A model generated the notes under the pieces. That model was given only the letters and a program-made list of their open reading frames with translations. It made no database searches and was not told the origin of the DNA. Shown here in pieces: positions 49,721-59,361 of a stretch of DNA of 64,000 nt; the stretch's first letter is position 1, and each line of letters opens with the position of its first letter. The DNA lies in NCBI RefSeq assembly GCF_002087085.1, contig NZ_MWQY01000010.1:62001-126000 (forward strand). Direction: 5' to 3'. A program made the translations under genes and the position numbers.

Positions 49721-51061
49721 CTAGTCCGCCAGGGCAAGCCGGAAATTCGCCAGTTCTTTGGCAACAGCCTGCAGAAAGCGTGCCCCCGGCGCTCCGTCCA
49801 CAGCCCGGTGATCGATGGTCAGGGAGAGCCCCATGTGGGGCACGAATTCCACCCCTTCCTTGCCCTGTACGGGTTTGAGTTCGATTCCGTTGACTCCCAG
49901 GATTCCCACCTGGGGGGCATTCAGTACCGGCGTAAAGGACTCGACTCCCAGAGCGCCAAGATTGGTTATGGTAAAGGTTCCGCCGGCAAGTTCATCGGGA
50001 TTGATGTTTCCGTCGATGCAGGCCTTTCCAAGCCGTTTTGCTTCCGCAGAGATGGCCTTGAGGGAGAGCCGGTCGGCGTTGCGGATCACCGGAACCATCA
50101 GGCCCCGCTCGGTGTCCACGGCAAATCCCAGGTTGACGCTGCCGTACTCGACAATCTTATCGGGGTGCATTTCCGCATTCATATAGGGATAGCGAAGCAG
50201 GACCCGGCTTACGACAAAAAGGACCATGTCGTTCAGCGTGATGCCGGCCATTCCCATCTCTTCGGGGGCGGCCTTGCACTGGGCCCGGTAGGCCTGAAGT
50301 TCCCTGGCATCCGCGGAGGAGTTCATGGTCAGCTGAGCGGTATTCTGCAGGGAGGCGTGCATCCGCTCCGCTATGAGCTTGCGCACTCCCTTGACCGGAA
50401 TCTCCCGGGTCTCCTCTGCCGCTACAGTCCGGGGTGCCGCGGAAGCTGCCAGATCGGCGGAGAGTATCCGGCCTCCGATACCGCTGCCCCTTGCCGGCGC
50501 GACCATTCCCGCAACCATTGCTGCCCGTGCGGCTGGGCTCACGGATACCGAGGGCTCCGCGGCCAGAACGTCCCGTTCAATTACCCGACCGCCGGGGCCG
50601 GAGCCAGTGAGTCCGTCGAGATTCACTCCCTTTTCCGCGGCGGTCTTCCTCGCCCGGGGGGAAACCCCTGCCCGGCCTTCCGCCGAAACGGTCCCGGCCG
50701 CGGGGGCGGATGATGCGGGAGTCTCGTCTTTCTTCTCCTGCTTCTCCGTCTTCGCTGCAGCAGGAGCTTCCTTCTTTTCCGCGGAGGCTCCTCCGCCGGG
50801 AGCCATGGCGGAGACGTCCTCGCCGGCCTCTCCAACCGCCGCTATGACGGTGAGGACTGGCACATCGTCCCCTTCCTCAAAGAAGCGCTTCAGCAGCACC
50901 CCGTCGGCGGGGGACTCGATCTCGAAGGTCGCTTTATCGGTCTCTACTTCACATACGATTTCACCGGTTTTTACCTGATCGCCCTCGTTTTTGCGCCATT
51001 CGAGAATTACGCAGGATTCCACGCTGTTTCCCTGGCGGGGCATTAAAATTTCCGTTGCCAT
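49721..51061 (-). CDS. Dihydrolipoamide acyltransferase (E2)
   Basis: Lipoyl VETDKA, E3-binding GSGPGGR and GSGIGGR, catalytic DHRAVDG; start ATG 51061. Confidence 0.92.
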   Translation of the reverse strand: MATEILMPRQGNSVESCVILEWRKNEGDQVKTGEIVCEVETDKATFEIESPADGVLLKRFFEEGDDVPVLTVIAAVGEAGEDVSAMAPGGGASAEKKEAPAAAKTEKQEKKDETPASSAPAAGTVSAEGRAGVSPRARKTAAEKGVNLDGLTGSGPGGRVIERDVLAAEPSVSVSPAARAAMVAGMVAPARGSGIGGRILSADLAASAAPRTVAAEETREIPVKGVRKLIAERMHASLQNTAQLTMNSSADARELQAYRAQCKAAPEEMGMAGITLNDMVLFVVSRVLLRYPYMNAEMHPDKIVEYGSVNLGFAVDTERGLMVPVIRNADRLSLKAISAEAKRLGKACIDGNINPDELAGGTFTITNLGALGVESFTPVLNAPQVGILGVNGIELKPVQGKEGVEFVPHMGLSLTIDHRAVDGAPGARFLQAVAKELANFRLALAD

Positions 51062-51117
51062 TAGCCTCTCCTTCAAATAAACATATATAATATCCTCAAC
51101 CGTGAGGATGAATCGGT

Positions 51118-51873
51118 CTAAACCCGCTCTATATCGAGCCCGGCGGAAATAAGCTGTTCAACAACCTCGTCGCTCATTCGGTCGTCGGTAATTATCTTTG
51201 TATATCTTTCCAGGGGCAGCATACGCACGAAGCCGGCACGACCGTATTTTGAGGAATCCGCGACCAGGAAACGCTCATCCGCCTGCCGGGCGATCTGCTT
51301 GTTGACCTCCGCCCCCTCCACAAGATGGGTACTGGACCCGTTTTCCAGACTGAAACCGTCGGTTCCCAGGAAGGCCTTGCGGACATGAAACTCCTCCAGT
51401 TCCCTCAGGGCGATGGGTCCCACCAGGGACTCGGTGGCGGGGCGGAACTCTCCGCCGACCACGGTCAGGTGCAGCTGGGGATTCATCCTGGCATAGGGAA
51501 CCAGGAGCATTGAATTCGTGACAACATGAAGGTCCCGCTTGCCCAGCAGATATTTGACAATGAGAGCAGTGGTGGTTCCCGCCTCGATCATGATGGTATC
51601 CCCATCCTGAACATACCGTGCCGCCGCTTTTGCGATGCGGGCCTTCTCATCGGGACAGGTGCGGTTGCGTTCAAGAATGCTGGAATGAAAAGCCGGCATG
51701 GCGCCGCCGTGAGTCCGTACGAGAAAACCCTTCTCTTCCAATGAGGAGAGATCGCTCCTGACGGTGACCCTGGAGACAGCCAGGGCATCGCTGATGGCGG
51801 AGACGGAGATAGAGGCATCATCCGCCAGAAGAGTAAGAATCTGTCGTTCCCGCTCGCTTAAACCCGAATCCAT
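51118..51873 (-). CDS. DeoR/GlpR family regulator
   Basis: VSRVTVRSDL..LE, RTHGGA, EAGTT, DSSK. Confidence 0.92.
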   Translation of the reverse strand: MDSGLSERERQILTLLADDASISVSAISDALAVSRVTVRSDLSSLEEKGFLVRTHGGAMPAFHSSILERNRTCPDEKARIAKAAARYVQDGDTIMIEAGTTTALIVKYLLGKRDLHVVTNSMLLVPYARMNPQLHLTVVGGEFRPATESLVGPIALRELEEFHVRKAFLGTDGFSLENGSSTHLVEGAEVNKQIARQADERFLVADSSKYGRAGFVRMLPLERYTKIITDDRMSDEVVEQLISAGLDIERV

Positions 51874-51933
51874 CTTCGTTTCATTTCCTTTTTACTGCAT
51901 TATTACTTATTTATTGTTTTCGTATTGCTTTTG

Positions 51934-51962
51934 ATTATATTACCAAATGCTTTCTAATGCAA
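51934..51962 (-). promoter_or_regulatory. sigma-70 promoter of the DeoR-E2-E3-E1 operon
   Basis: Minus strand TTGCAT-17-TATAAT. Confidence 0.7.
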
Positions 51963-51982
51963 GAGGGGATTACACAAAAGTA

Positions 51983-52127
51983 CTGTTCAGAAACGTGGGG
52001 ATAAGGATAATCCGGATGCGGCGAATATCGGGAAAAGATAAAAAAACCCCGGGTGCATTACCCGGGGATGTATATGCTGTTGCTGTTACTGATTTTATGG
52101 GCTTTGTATCCCCACGTTTCTGAACAC
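51983..52127. mobile_element. MITE-like element with terminal inverted repeats, copy B (145 bp)
   Basis: Perfect 20-bp inverted repeat TGTTCAGAAACGTGGGGATA (51984-52003 / 52107-52126), flanked TA/TA. Confidence 0.65.
52040..52067 (-). terminator. Intrinsic terminator inside copy B, downstream of the HAD gene
   Basis: Minus strand CCCCGGGT-AATGC-ACCCGGGG-TTTTTTT. Confidence 0.75.
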
Positions 52128-52137
52128 TACCCGGGAA

Positions 52138-52884
52138 TCACATTACCCCATCCACCAGCCGTACCATCTCCTGCTGATCGATCACCGGAAAATCCTTCTG
52201 CCTGAGCCACTCGGGTTTTACGTATCCCCAGGATGCAAGAAAACCCTTTACCCGGGGGTCGTTTATCCGGTAGAGATGGTCCACCTGGTCCTCGAAGAGA
52301 AGCCCCCCGTCGGCTCCGGTCTCCGCCAGGACCTCCCTGATTATATCGATCTTGCGCCGTTTCCCGGAGCAGATGATCCGCTCCAGGGGCCAGTCGATGT
52401 CCTTGTGTACCAGGATTTCCCGGATAAAGGGCGCCTCCTTGGTGGAAAGGACGTAACAGTTTTCCGATTTCGCCCACTGTTTCGCGGCTTCAGCCAGTCC
52501 ATCAAAGACATGGTTGAGGGAGATCCAGAACTCCTTGTCCTCCGCGAGGAGCTCCCGCCGGGCCCGGTAGAAGAGCTCGTGAAACTCATCGGCGGTGTCT
52601 CCCAGTTCGGCCTCCAAGCGATCGAAATCCTCCTGCTTCGCAAGCTCAATCCCCTCGCTGACGCAGTGCTGCAGGATCACATAGTCCCCTCCCCGGCGGA
52701 TAAAGGGCCGGTAGACATCATAGAGTCTGCGGTCGGCGACGCTTACGAAGTCAGGATTATCCTTTGTATGGAATTTATGATACGCAATCCAGGAGCTTAC
52801 GAAACACTCGGTAAGGGAGTCACAGAAAACACCGTCAAAATCGATAAAAGCCAGGGTACGGCCTTCAGCTTGCAAATTCTTCAT
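52138..52884 (-). CDS. HAD-superfamily hydrolase
   Basis: DFDGV motif I, LSTK, FED, LASWGY. Confidence 0.8.
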   Translation of the reverse strand: MKNLQAEGRTLAFIDFDGVFCDSLTECFVSSWIAYHKFHTKDNPDFVSVADRRLYDVYRPFIRRGGDYVILQHCVSEGIELAKQEDFDRLEAELGDTADEFHELFYRARRELLAEDKEFWISLNHVFDGLAEAAKQWAKSENCYVLSTKEAPFIREILVHKDIDWPLERIICSGKRRKIDIIREVLAETGADGGLLFEDQVDHLYRINDPRVKGFLASWGYVKPEWLRQKDFPVIDQQEMVRLVDGVM

Positions 52885-52968
52885 GGCCGTATTATAAGAA
52901 GAGAAGCCCGGGCTTACCAGCACCCGCACGCAGCAATTTTAATCACAGAATCAAGGAGCTCGTATAAA

Positions 52969-54015
52969 ATGAGCGTGGAACTGCACTCCAGGGACGAAAT
53001 CATTCTTGCAGGCGATATCGGCGGAACCAACTCCAACCTGGCGGCTGTCCTCAGACGCGGGGACAGCTTCAGCATCGTCAGAAAGCTGACCCGGGAATCA
53101 AAGAAGGTAATCGACTTTGTAGAGCTGGTACGAGAGGTTGTCGCCGAATTCGAGCTCCCGGCTAAACCCCGGTACTGCTGCATAAGCGCAGCGGGTATCG
53201 TGGAGAACAACCGCTGCCAACCTACTAACCTCTCCTGGGTAATCGACGGAGACAGACTTCAGCAGGAACTGGGAATACCAACGGTAATTATCAACGATTT
53301 TATGGCTCTGAGTTACTCCCTGCCCCTTCTTGATCTGAAGAATCCCGAGGAGGTACTCCCTCTTCCCCATCCCGACGGTTCCTTCCCCGAGCCCAGGGGC
53401 GGCAGTTACGCAATAATCGGCGCGGGAACAGGCCTTGGCGTCGGCGTCCTCAGCAGAATCGGGAGTCGCTACGTCGCCTTCCCTTCGGAAGGGGGGCATA
53501 CCGATTTCCCCGCCTTCGACAGGGAAACCCAGAAACTGGGGAATTTCCTCAAGACCCGCTACGACAGCTGGCCCGGAACCGAGTGCGTCCTCTCCGGCCA
53601 GGGCATTGCCAATATCTACGCTTATGTGCGGGACAGCATGGCCGGTCCCGGAGACGATATTATCCAGGAGATCGATTCCCTGCCGGAATCCCAGCGGCCC
53701 GCCCTGATATCCCGGCACGGACGGACCAACCCGGTCTGCAGCCGTGTAATGGAGCTCTTTACCCGTATCTACGGAAAATTCGCCGGGAATGCCGCCCTGA
53801 ACTTCCTGCCCGAAGCGGGGCTCTTTCTTGCCGGCGGCATAGCCCAGAAAAACATCGAGTACCTGCTTCATGAGCAGCGTTTCATGCGTTATTTCGAGAG
53901 CAACTATAACCTCAAGATGCGGGCCCTGCAGCAGCGGGTTCCGGTTTTCCTAATTAAGGAATACAGTGTCTCCCTCCTGGGTGCCGCCCATGCCGCGACG
54001 CTGCTTGTAGACTGA
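52969..54015 (+). CDS. glk: Glucokinase (Glk family)
   Basis: AGDIGGTN, INDF, GAGTGLG, SEGGH, E..LSG.G, LAGGI; start ATG 52969. Confidence 0.9.
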   Translation: MSVELHSRDEIILAGDIGGTNSNLAAVLRRGDSFSIVRKLTRESKKVIDFVELVREVVAEFELPAKPRYCCISAAGIVENNRCQPTNLSWVIDGDRLQQELGIPTVIINDFMALSYSLPLLDLKNPEEVLPLPHPDGSFPEPRGGSYAIIGAGTGLGVGVLSRIGSRYVAFPSEGGHTDFPAFDRETQKLGNFLKTRYDSWPGTECVLSGQGIANIYAYVRDSMAGPGDDIIQEIDSLPESQRPALISRHGRTNPVCSRVMELFTRIYGKFAGNAALNFLPEAGLFLAGGIAQKNIEYLLHEQRFMRYFESNYNLKMRALQQRVPVFLIKEYSVSLLGAAHAATLLVD

Positions 54016-54029
54016 TCAAGGAGTTTTCC

Positions 54030-54857
54030 ATGTTTATTCCCGACTGGAACTGGACCGACGCCGAGGATATTCCGGCGGAGGGCTGGACAATGATTGTCAG
54101 CAAGCGAAACTTCTGTTACAACGCCAAGGACGATTCCGCAGCCTCCCTGGCCGGAGGGACGCCCCTGGTGCCCCTGGACGATCTGCCTTCAAGCTACCTC
54201 GCTGCAGGAATGATACGCCTGGGAATCTACCGCGAACGGCCCCTGTTCATCATGGATCGGGAGACTCCTCCGGACAGCCTGCTCTCAATACCCTTTCGAC
54301 CGGTTCTGGGGCATCTGAATCCTGATCTTCTGCGGGCCGCCATGCTGGGATACCATCTTGTACAATGGATTGCGAACTCACGCTTCTGCGGACGCTGCGG
54401 AAAGGAAAACACCTTTCATCACCGGGAAAAGGCCCGGGTTTGTCCGGACTGCGGCCTGGTAACCTTTCCACGGATCTCCCCGGCGGTGATAACCGCGGTC
54501 CAAAAGGAGGACAGGATCCTTCTTGCCCATAACAAGAATTTTGCAGCCCCGGTCTACAGCCTGATAGCCGGCTTTGTAGAGCCCGGAGAAAGTCTGGAAG
54601 AGGCGGTGGCACGGGAGATATCCGAAGAAGTGGGAATCCAGGTTACGAATATCTCCTACGTCTCGTCTCAGCCCTGGCCCTTTCCCGACTCCCTGATGCT
54701 GGGCTTCACCGCGGAATGGAGCTCCGGGGAACTCAGCCCGGACGGAATCGAGATAACAGATGCCGGCTGGTTCAACCGCGACGATCACCCTCAGCTTCCC
54801 CTGAAAGGGAGTATTGCCCTGGCCATTATCGAGAAAATCTTCGCCGGCCTCTGCTGA
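54030..54857 (+). CDS. nudC: NAD(+) diphosphatase
   Basis: Zn ribbon CGRCG..CPDC, Nudix box GFVEPGESLEEAVAREISEEVG, SQPWPFP. Confidence 0.92.
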   Translation: MFIPDWNWTDAEDIPAEGWTMIVSKRNFCYNAKDDSAASLAGGTPLVPLDDLPSSYLAAGMIRLGIYRERPLFIMDRETPPDSLLSIPFRPVLGHLNPDLLRAAMLGYHLVQWIANSRFCGRCGKENTFHHREKARVCPDCGLVTFPRISPAVITAVQKEDRILLAHNKNFAAPVYSLIAGFVEPGESLEEAVAREISEEVGIQVTNISYVSSQPWPFPDSLMLGFTAEWSSGELSPDGIEITDAGWFNRDDHPQLPLKGSIALAIIEKIFAGLC

Positions 54858-54918
54858 TCCGGGATGGCGGTTCTTCGTCCCCTGGTTTACAATGAGAACA
54901 GAAACAACAAGCCGGGGG

Positions 54919-54948
54919 GGCTTTGCCGACGCTGAACAAGGCAGAGCG
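54919..54948 (+). repeat. Solo copy of the array's second hairpin module
   Basis: GGCTTTGCCGACGCTGAACAAGGCAGAGCG, 26/30 identical to the reverse complement of 43066-43095. Confidence 0.75.
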
Positions 54949-54999
54949 ACGCCCCGGGACATAAGTCCGATGATAACCGAGAAAGAGGAGGAGAAGGAA

Positions 55000-56577
55000 A
55001 TGGACAAACCCGCCGTTACAGCTCTCTTGAAGAATGCCGGAATTGATGCGGAACTGACCTTTGAGATCCTGGATCGCTATAATGCCGGGGAATTTGACAA
55101 TCAACCCGCCGTGGAAATGGATGAAATTCCCGGGATCGATGGTACCAGCGTCATAGACATGCAGGATGCCCGCTGGGAGATGGACAAAAACGCAGCTGTA
55201 TCCAGACTGAAGGCCCTGGGTGTTACCAAACCCCTGAAACTCCTTGCTCAAACAGAGGGAAACAGAGCGGTATTTACCCGCAGGGGATTGACGGCCCTGG
55301 GCTATCTGCTCTACCCCAAAACGGCCTATGGGGTACTGAACGGCGGCTCTGCTACAAGTTATGTGGATGAAAAGAAAAACAGCTCATTCAATGAGAAGCT
55401 TATGGAGCTCTACCGCGAACCCTTTGAGGAGATCGCCGGTATGGCCAGGGGCCGGGCAAAGGGGATTACCCCGGCATGCATTCACCCCGATGGAAGCCCC
55501 GGACCGAGTTATATGGAACTCAAGATGCGGGGACTCCTGATCAGGGAACTGATCTACCGGGAGATCTCCGGAGACAACAGCTCCCAGGGGCCCATCATGT
55601 TCCAGATGACCAGCGTCAATAACGATGAGGAGGTGGCCGCAGCCTACCGGGAGTACCGGAACAGCCCCTTTCTCAAGGATCTCATCGAAAAGCTCGGCAC
55701 CGACATGACCCGCTGTCGCTCCGGCGCCCAGCCCATGATAGGAGCCTATACCCACTCCGATCTGGGACGGCCCAGACAGGTATTCCTCGGCAGGGACGGT
55801 AAAAGCCCCCTCCCCCTGCCCGGGGGCCACGGCCAGAACTTCGCTGTTCTTCAGGACATCTACCGGGAACTGCACGCGGAAGGACGGCTTTTCGCCTACC
55901 TGGGTAACGTGGATAACCTTGCGAATCTGCCGTATCCCGCGGGGGTAGGACTCATGGCACTGAGCGGCAGAGAAGCGGGCTTCGAATTCTCTTTCAAGAC
56001 CCCGGTGGATATCAAGGGAGGCATCCTGATCCGGGATACCCGGGGACGCCTGAACTGCGGCGACATAGGGCCGGCGATCAGCAAGGAGCAGGTGGCCCGT
56101 GCAGAGAATGCCGGGAAACCGATCCTCTTTAACTGCGCCACCGGCCTCTTCAACCTGGACTACCTGACAAGGGAACTTTCCGGGATTATCCGCAACCTGC
56201 CGACCCGTTTCTCGGACCAGGACAAGGATGCCGGCCGCTACTCCCAGGCCGAGCAGGTGACCTGGGAGGTTATCGGAATGCTGGAGGATTTCTTCATCTT
56301 CGGAGTGGACAAATACGAGCGCTTTATCGCCGCCAAGCTGCTTCTGGAGAGCTTTCTTGCCAACGGTCTCCACCTTGAACACCCGCAGTTCCCCGGCGAT
56401 CCGGATCCTGCAAAGGATCTGCAGACGGTGGGCAGAAAACTGAACCGTGGACTCGAGAAACTATTTCTTGAGGAGTACGGGCTCCGTCAGGAGGGAAAGC
56501 AGTGGATTCCCAAGAGTTTTGAGGAGCTTCAGGAAGAAGCCCGCCTCCTGGGAAGGAATCTGGGGGTAATGGAATAA
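55000..56577 (+). CDS. UTP--glucose-1-phosphate uridylyltransferase family (eukaryote-type UDPGP fold)
   Basis: [34 protein letters not shown]; start ATG 55000. Confidence 0.78.
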   Translation: MDKPAVTALLKNAGIDAELTFEILDRYNAGEFDNQPAVEMDEIPGIDGTSVIDMQDARWEMDKNAAVSRLKALGVTKPLKLLAQTEGNRAVFTRRGLTALGYLLYPKTAYGVLNGGSATSYVDEKKNSSFNEKLMELYREPFEEIAGMARGRAKGITPACIHPDGSPGPSYMELKMRGLLIRELIYREISGDNSSQGPIMFQMTSVNNDEEVAAAYREYRNSPFLKDLIEKLGTDMTRCRSGAQPMIGAYTHSDLGRPRQVFLGRDGKSPLPLPGGHGQNFAVLQDIYRELHAEGRLFAYLGNVDNLANLPYPAGVGLMALSGREAGFEFSFKTPVDIKGGILIRDTRGRLNCGDIGPAISKEQVARAENAGKPILFNCATGLFNLDYLTRELSGIIRNLPTRFSDQDKDAGRYSQAEQVTWEVIGMLEDFFIFGVDKYERFIAAKLLLESFLANGLHLEHPQFPGDPDPAKDLQTVGRKLNRGLEKLFLEEYGLRQEGKQWIPKSFEELQEEARLLGRNLGVME

Positions 56578-56978
56578 TGGCGGACAGGGAAATGACCACG
56601 CACATCGATCTGGATTTCAGCAAGGGAAACGGGCTGGTAAGCGCCATAGCCCAGGATGCGAACTCAAAGGAAGTTCTGATGTGCGCCTTTATGAACAGGG
56701 AAGCCTTCGAAACCACCCTGGCAACCGGCTACGCCCATTATTACAGCCGAAGTCGGGACAGTCTCTGGAAAAAGGGGGAAAGCTCCGGTCACCTGCAGAA
56801 AATCCGGGAAATTCGCGTGGATTGCGATCAGGACTGCGTACTCATGCTGGTGGAACAGACGGGAGTTGCCTGTCATACCGGCAGGCGCAGCTGTTTTTAC
56901 CGGCGAGCAGTAAATACTGAGGAACTTGATTTCCTTGACCAGGATAAAACCCCGGGAGATACATCCGAAAAGGCTTGA
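56577..56978 (+). CDS. hisI: Phosphoribosyl-AMP cyclohydrolase
   Basis: YYSRSR..LW.KGESSG, DCDQD, ACHTG..SCF. Confidence 0.95.
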   Translation: MADREMTTHIDLDFSKGNGLVSAIAQDANSKEVLMCAFMNREAFETTLATGYAHYYSRSRDSLWKKGESSGHLQKIREIRVDCDQDCVLMLVEQTGVACHTGRRSCFYRRAVNTEELDFLDQDKTPGDTSEKA

Positions 56979-57003
56979 AAAATACGATCTTTCCGGTTAT
57001 AGT
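56975..57003 (+). promoter_or_regulatory. sigma-70 promoter of the ferredoxin gene
   Basis: TTGAAA-17-TATAGT. Confidence 0.55.
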
Positions 57004-57031
57004 ATTGGTCATACCAAATCTCTGGAGGTGA

Positions 57032-57205
<174 letters not shown>

Positions 57206-57243
57206 GGTAATTGCCCTTTCGTGAATGAGGGGGAATCGGTATC

Positions 57244-57270
57244 AAAACCCGGCGGAAAGCCGGGTTTTTT
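57244..57270. terminator. Bidirectional intrinsic terminator
   Basis: AAAACCCGGC-GGAAA-GCCGGGTTTTTT between convergent genes. Confidence 0.85.
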
Positions 57271-57294
57271 CATGCCCTCGTCCCGGATCAGGCC

Positions 57295-57990
57295 CTAGGG
57301 GGTCACAGCCAGTGTAAAAGCCATCCCGGCATGGAGTTCCATGGTATCCAGCACGGGTACCGGCAGATCGGAATCCTGCACTACCAGGGGCAGTTCAGTG
57401 CATCCCAGAATAACCCCTTCGGCACCCCGATCGATCAGTTTCCCTGCCTCCGTAATAAGAAAATCCCGGGAGGAATCCTCGAAAATTCCGGCACAGAGCT
57501 CATCAAAGATAATGGTGTCTATCCTCGTCCTCCCTTCCTTTTCCGGGATCAGGACCTCGAGCCCGTAGTTCTTCTCCAGCTTTTCCGTATAGAAGCCCAT
57601 CTCCATGGTGAACTGCGTCCCCATCAGGGCTACACGCTTCAGCTTCCCGGCGACACAGGCTTCTCCTGCAGCATCGGCTATATGGACAAGGGGGACGCTG
57701 ATGCTTGCGGCAATATCATCCGCCAGCAGGTGCATGGTATTGGTGGCTATCAGCACCAGCTCTGCCCCTGCCCGCTCCAGGGCCCGGGCTTTATCTGTCA
57801 GAAGCTCCCGTATGGGCTCCCATTCGTTCCGGTGCATCCACTGCGCCAGGGGAGCGAAGTCCACGGAGGCAATAATGCACTCCGCCGAGTGCAGCCCTCC
57901 GAACTCCCGGGCAGCCATCTGGTTGAGTATCCGGTAATATTCCTTTGTGGACTCCCAGCTCATTCCGCCAATCAGACCAATTTGCTTCAT
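57295..57990 (-). CDS. Aspartate/glutamate racemase family (YgeA/RacX-like)
   Basis: IGLIGGMSWEST, ATNTMH, ILGCTELP. Confidence 0.9.
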   Translation of the reverse strand: MKQIGLIGGMSWESTKEYYRILNQMAAREFGGLHSAECIIASVDFAPLAQWMHRNEWEPIRELLTDKARALERAGAELVLIATNTMHLLADDIAASISVPLVHIADAAGEACVAGKLKRVALMGTQFTMEMGFYTEKLEKNYGLEVLIPEKEGRTRIDTIIFDELCAGIFEDSSRDFLITEAGKLIDRGAEGVILGCTELPLVVQDSDLPVPVLDTMELHAGMAFTLAVTP

Positions 57991-58130
57991 TCCTTCCTCA
58001 CTTTCAGTCTTTTACTCAGTCTATATCAAAAAACGGGATTACGGAAAAGCACCGAAAGCCGCATTTGCAGGACCCGGGCATATCTGTTATTCTGAATATA
58101 CCATAAGATAATTCTTTACATGAGGTTAGT

Positions 58131-59273
58131 ATGAACAAAAAGATGCTCTACCGTTCCTTTCCAGGTAGAAACGAGATGTTGTCGATTCTCGGCTTCGGCT
58201 GCATGCGACTCCCCCAGACCAGCGACGATCCCCGGGACATAGATACCCCTCTGGCAACACAGATGCTCCGATCTGCCATTGACCGGGGAGTCAACTATGT
58301 CGATACCGCCTGGCCCTATCACGGGGGAGAGAGTGAGAATTTTCTGGCCGGAGCCCTGGCCGACGGATACCGGGAGAAAGTCTACCTTGCCACAAAACTT
58401 CCCAGCTGGGAGGTCAGCAGTCATGAGGATATGGACCGGCTCCTGAACAAACAGCTTGAGAAACTCAACACCGGACATATCGACTATTACCTGATCCACG
58501 CCCTGAATACCCAGCGCTGGGAAAACCTGACCAGCCTGGGCCTCTTCGATTTTATTGAGAGGGCACTTGCAGACGGCAGAATACAGCACATCGGCTTCTC
58601 CTTTCATGATGAACTGCCCCTGTTCAAGACGATCATCGACGCCTACCCCTGGGAGTTCTGCCAGATCCAGTACAACCTGCTGGATACGGATTTCCAGGCC
58701 GGTACCGAGGGACTTTCCTACGCCCATGAGAAGGGTGTGGGTATCATTGTAATGGAACCCCTGCGGGGCGGTTACTTTACCCGGAACATTCCCCCCCAGG
58801 TCTCCGCTCTCTGGAAGAGGAACGGATTTAGCCGGGATGCGGCAGACTGGGCCCTGCGCTGGGTCTGGAACGATCCGAGGGTAACGATCATTCTCAGCGG
58901 TATGAGCCTGCCGGAACAGGTCGAGCAGAACCTGATGAGTGCAGCAGCAGGGGAGCCTGATTCCCTTGGACCTGATGAGCTGGAGACGGTTATACAGGTG
59001 CGGGACTTTTACACAAGCCGCATCAAGGTGCCCTGTACATCCTGCCAGTACTGCATGCCTTGTCCCAACGGAGTCGATATTCCCAGGTCTTTCAAGTTCT
59101 ACAACGACGCCCACATGTTCAATAATCCGGAGGAGCAGCGCCTTCAGTACGGCAAGTTTCTCGCCGGGATGGGTGCCGACCAGTGCATAGCCTGCGGAGA
59201 GTGCGAACCGAAATGTCCTCAGAAAATCCCCATCATTGAAGAGCTGGAAAAGGTGGACGCCCTGCTGGGCTGA
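58131..59273 (+). CDS. Aldo/keto reductase with C-terminal 4Fe-4S dicluster
   Basis: GFGCMRLP, DTAWPY, CTSCQYCMPCP, CIACGECEPKCPQ. Confidence 0.9.
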   Translation: MNKKMLYRSFPGRNEMLSILGFGCMRLPQTSDDPRDIDTPLATQMLRSAIDRGVNYVDTAWPYHGGESENFLAGALADGYREKVYLATKLPSWEVSSHEDMDRLLNKQLEKLNTGHIDYYLIHALNTQRWENLTSLGLFDFIERALADGRIQHIGFSFHDELPLFKTIIDAYPWEFCQIQYNLLDTDFQAGTEGLSYAHEKGVGIIVMEPLRGGYFTRNIPPQVSALWKRNGFSRDAADWALRWVWNDPRVTIILSGMSLPEQVEQNLMSAAAGEPDSLGPDELETVIQVRDFYTSRIKVPCTSCQYCMPCPNGVDIPRSFKFYNDAHMFNNPEEQRLQYGKFLAGMGADQCIACGECEPKCPQKIPIIEELEKVDALLG

Positions 59274-59290
59274 AGATACCTCACGCTCAA

Positions 59291-59346
59291 TAAAAAATGG
59301 CTGTCCGTATCCGAGGTTAACCCTCAATAATGGACAGCCATTTTTA
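59291..59346. terminator. Bidirectional terminator
   Basis: TAAAAAATGGCTGTCC...GGACAGCCATTTTTA between convergent genes. Confidence 0.75.
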
Positions 59347-59361
59347 TCGGTCTGAATATTT

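Noticed and set aside
45867..51061. Assigning pdh, aco or bkd gene symbols to E1 and E2
   Set aside because: Substrate cannot be determined from sequence, and the context argues against a routine assignment
52276..52968. Long N-terminal extension of glucokinase in the ORF track
   Set aside because: Overlaps the opposite-strand HAD gene; Glk homology starts at ATG 52969
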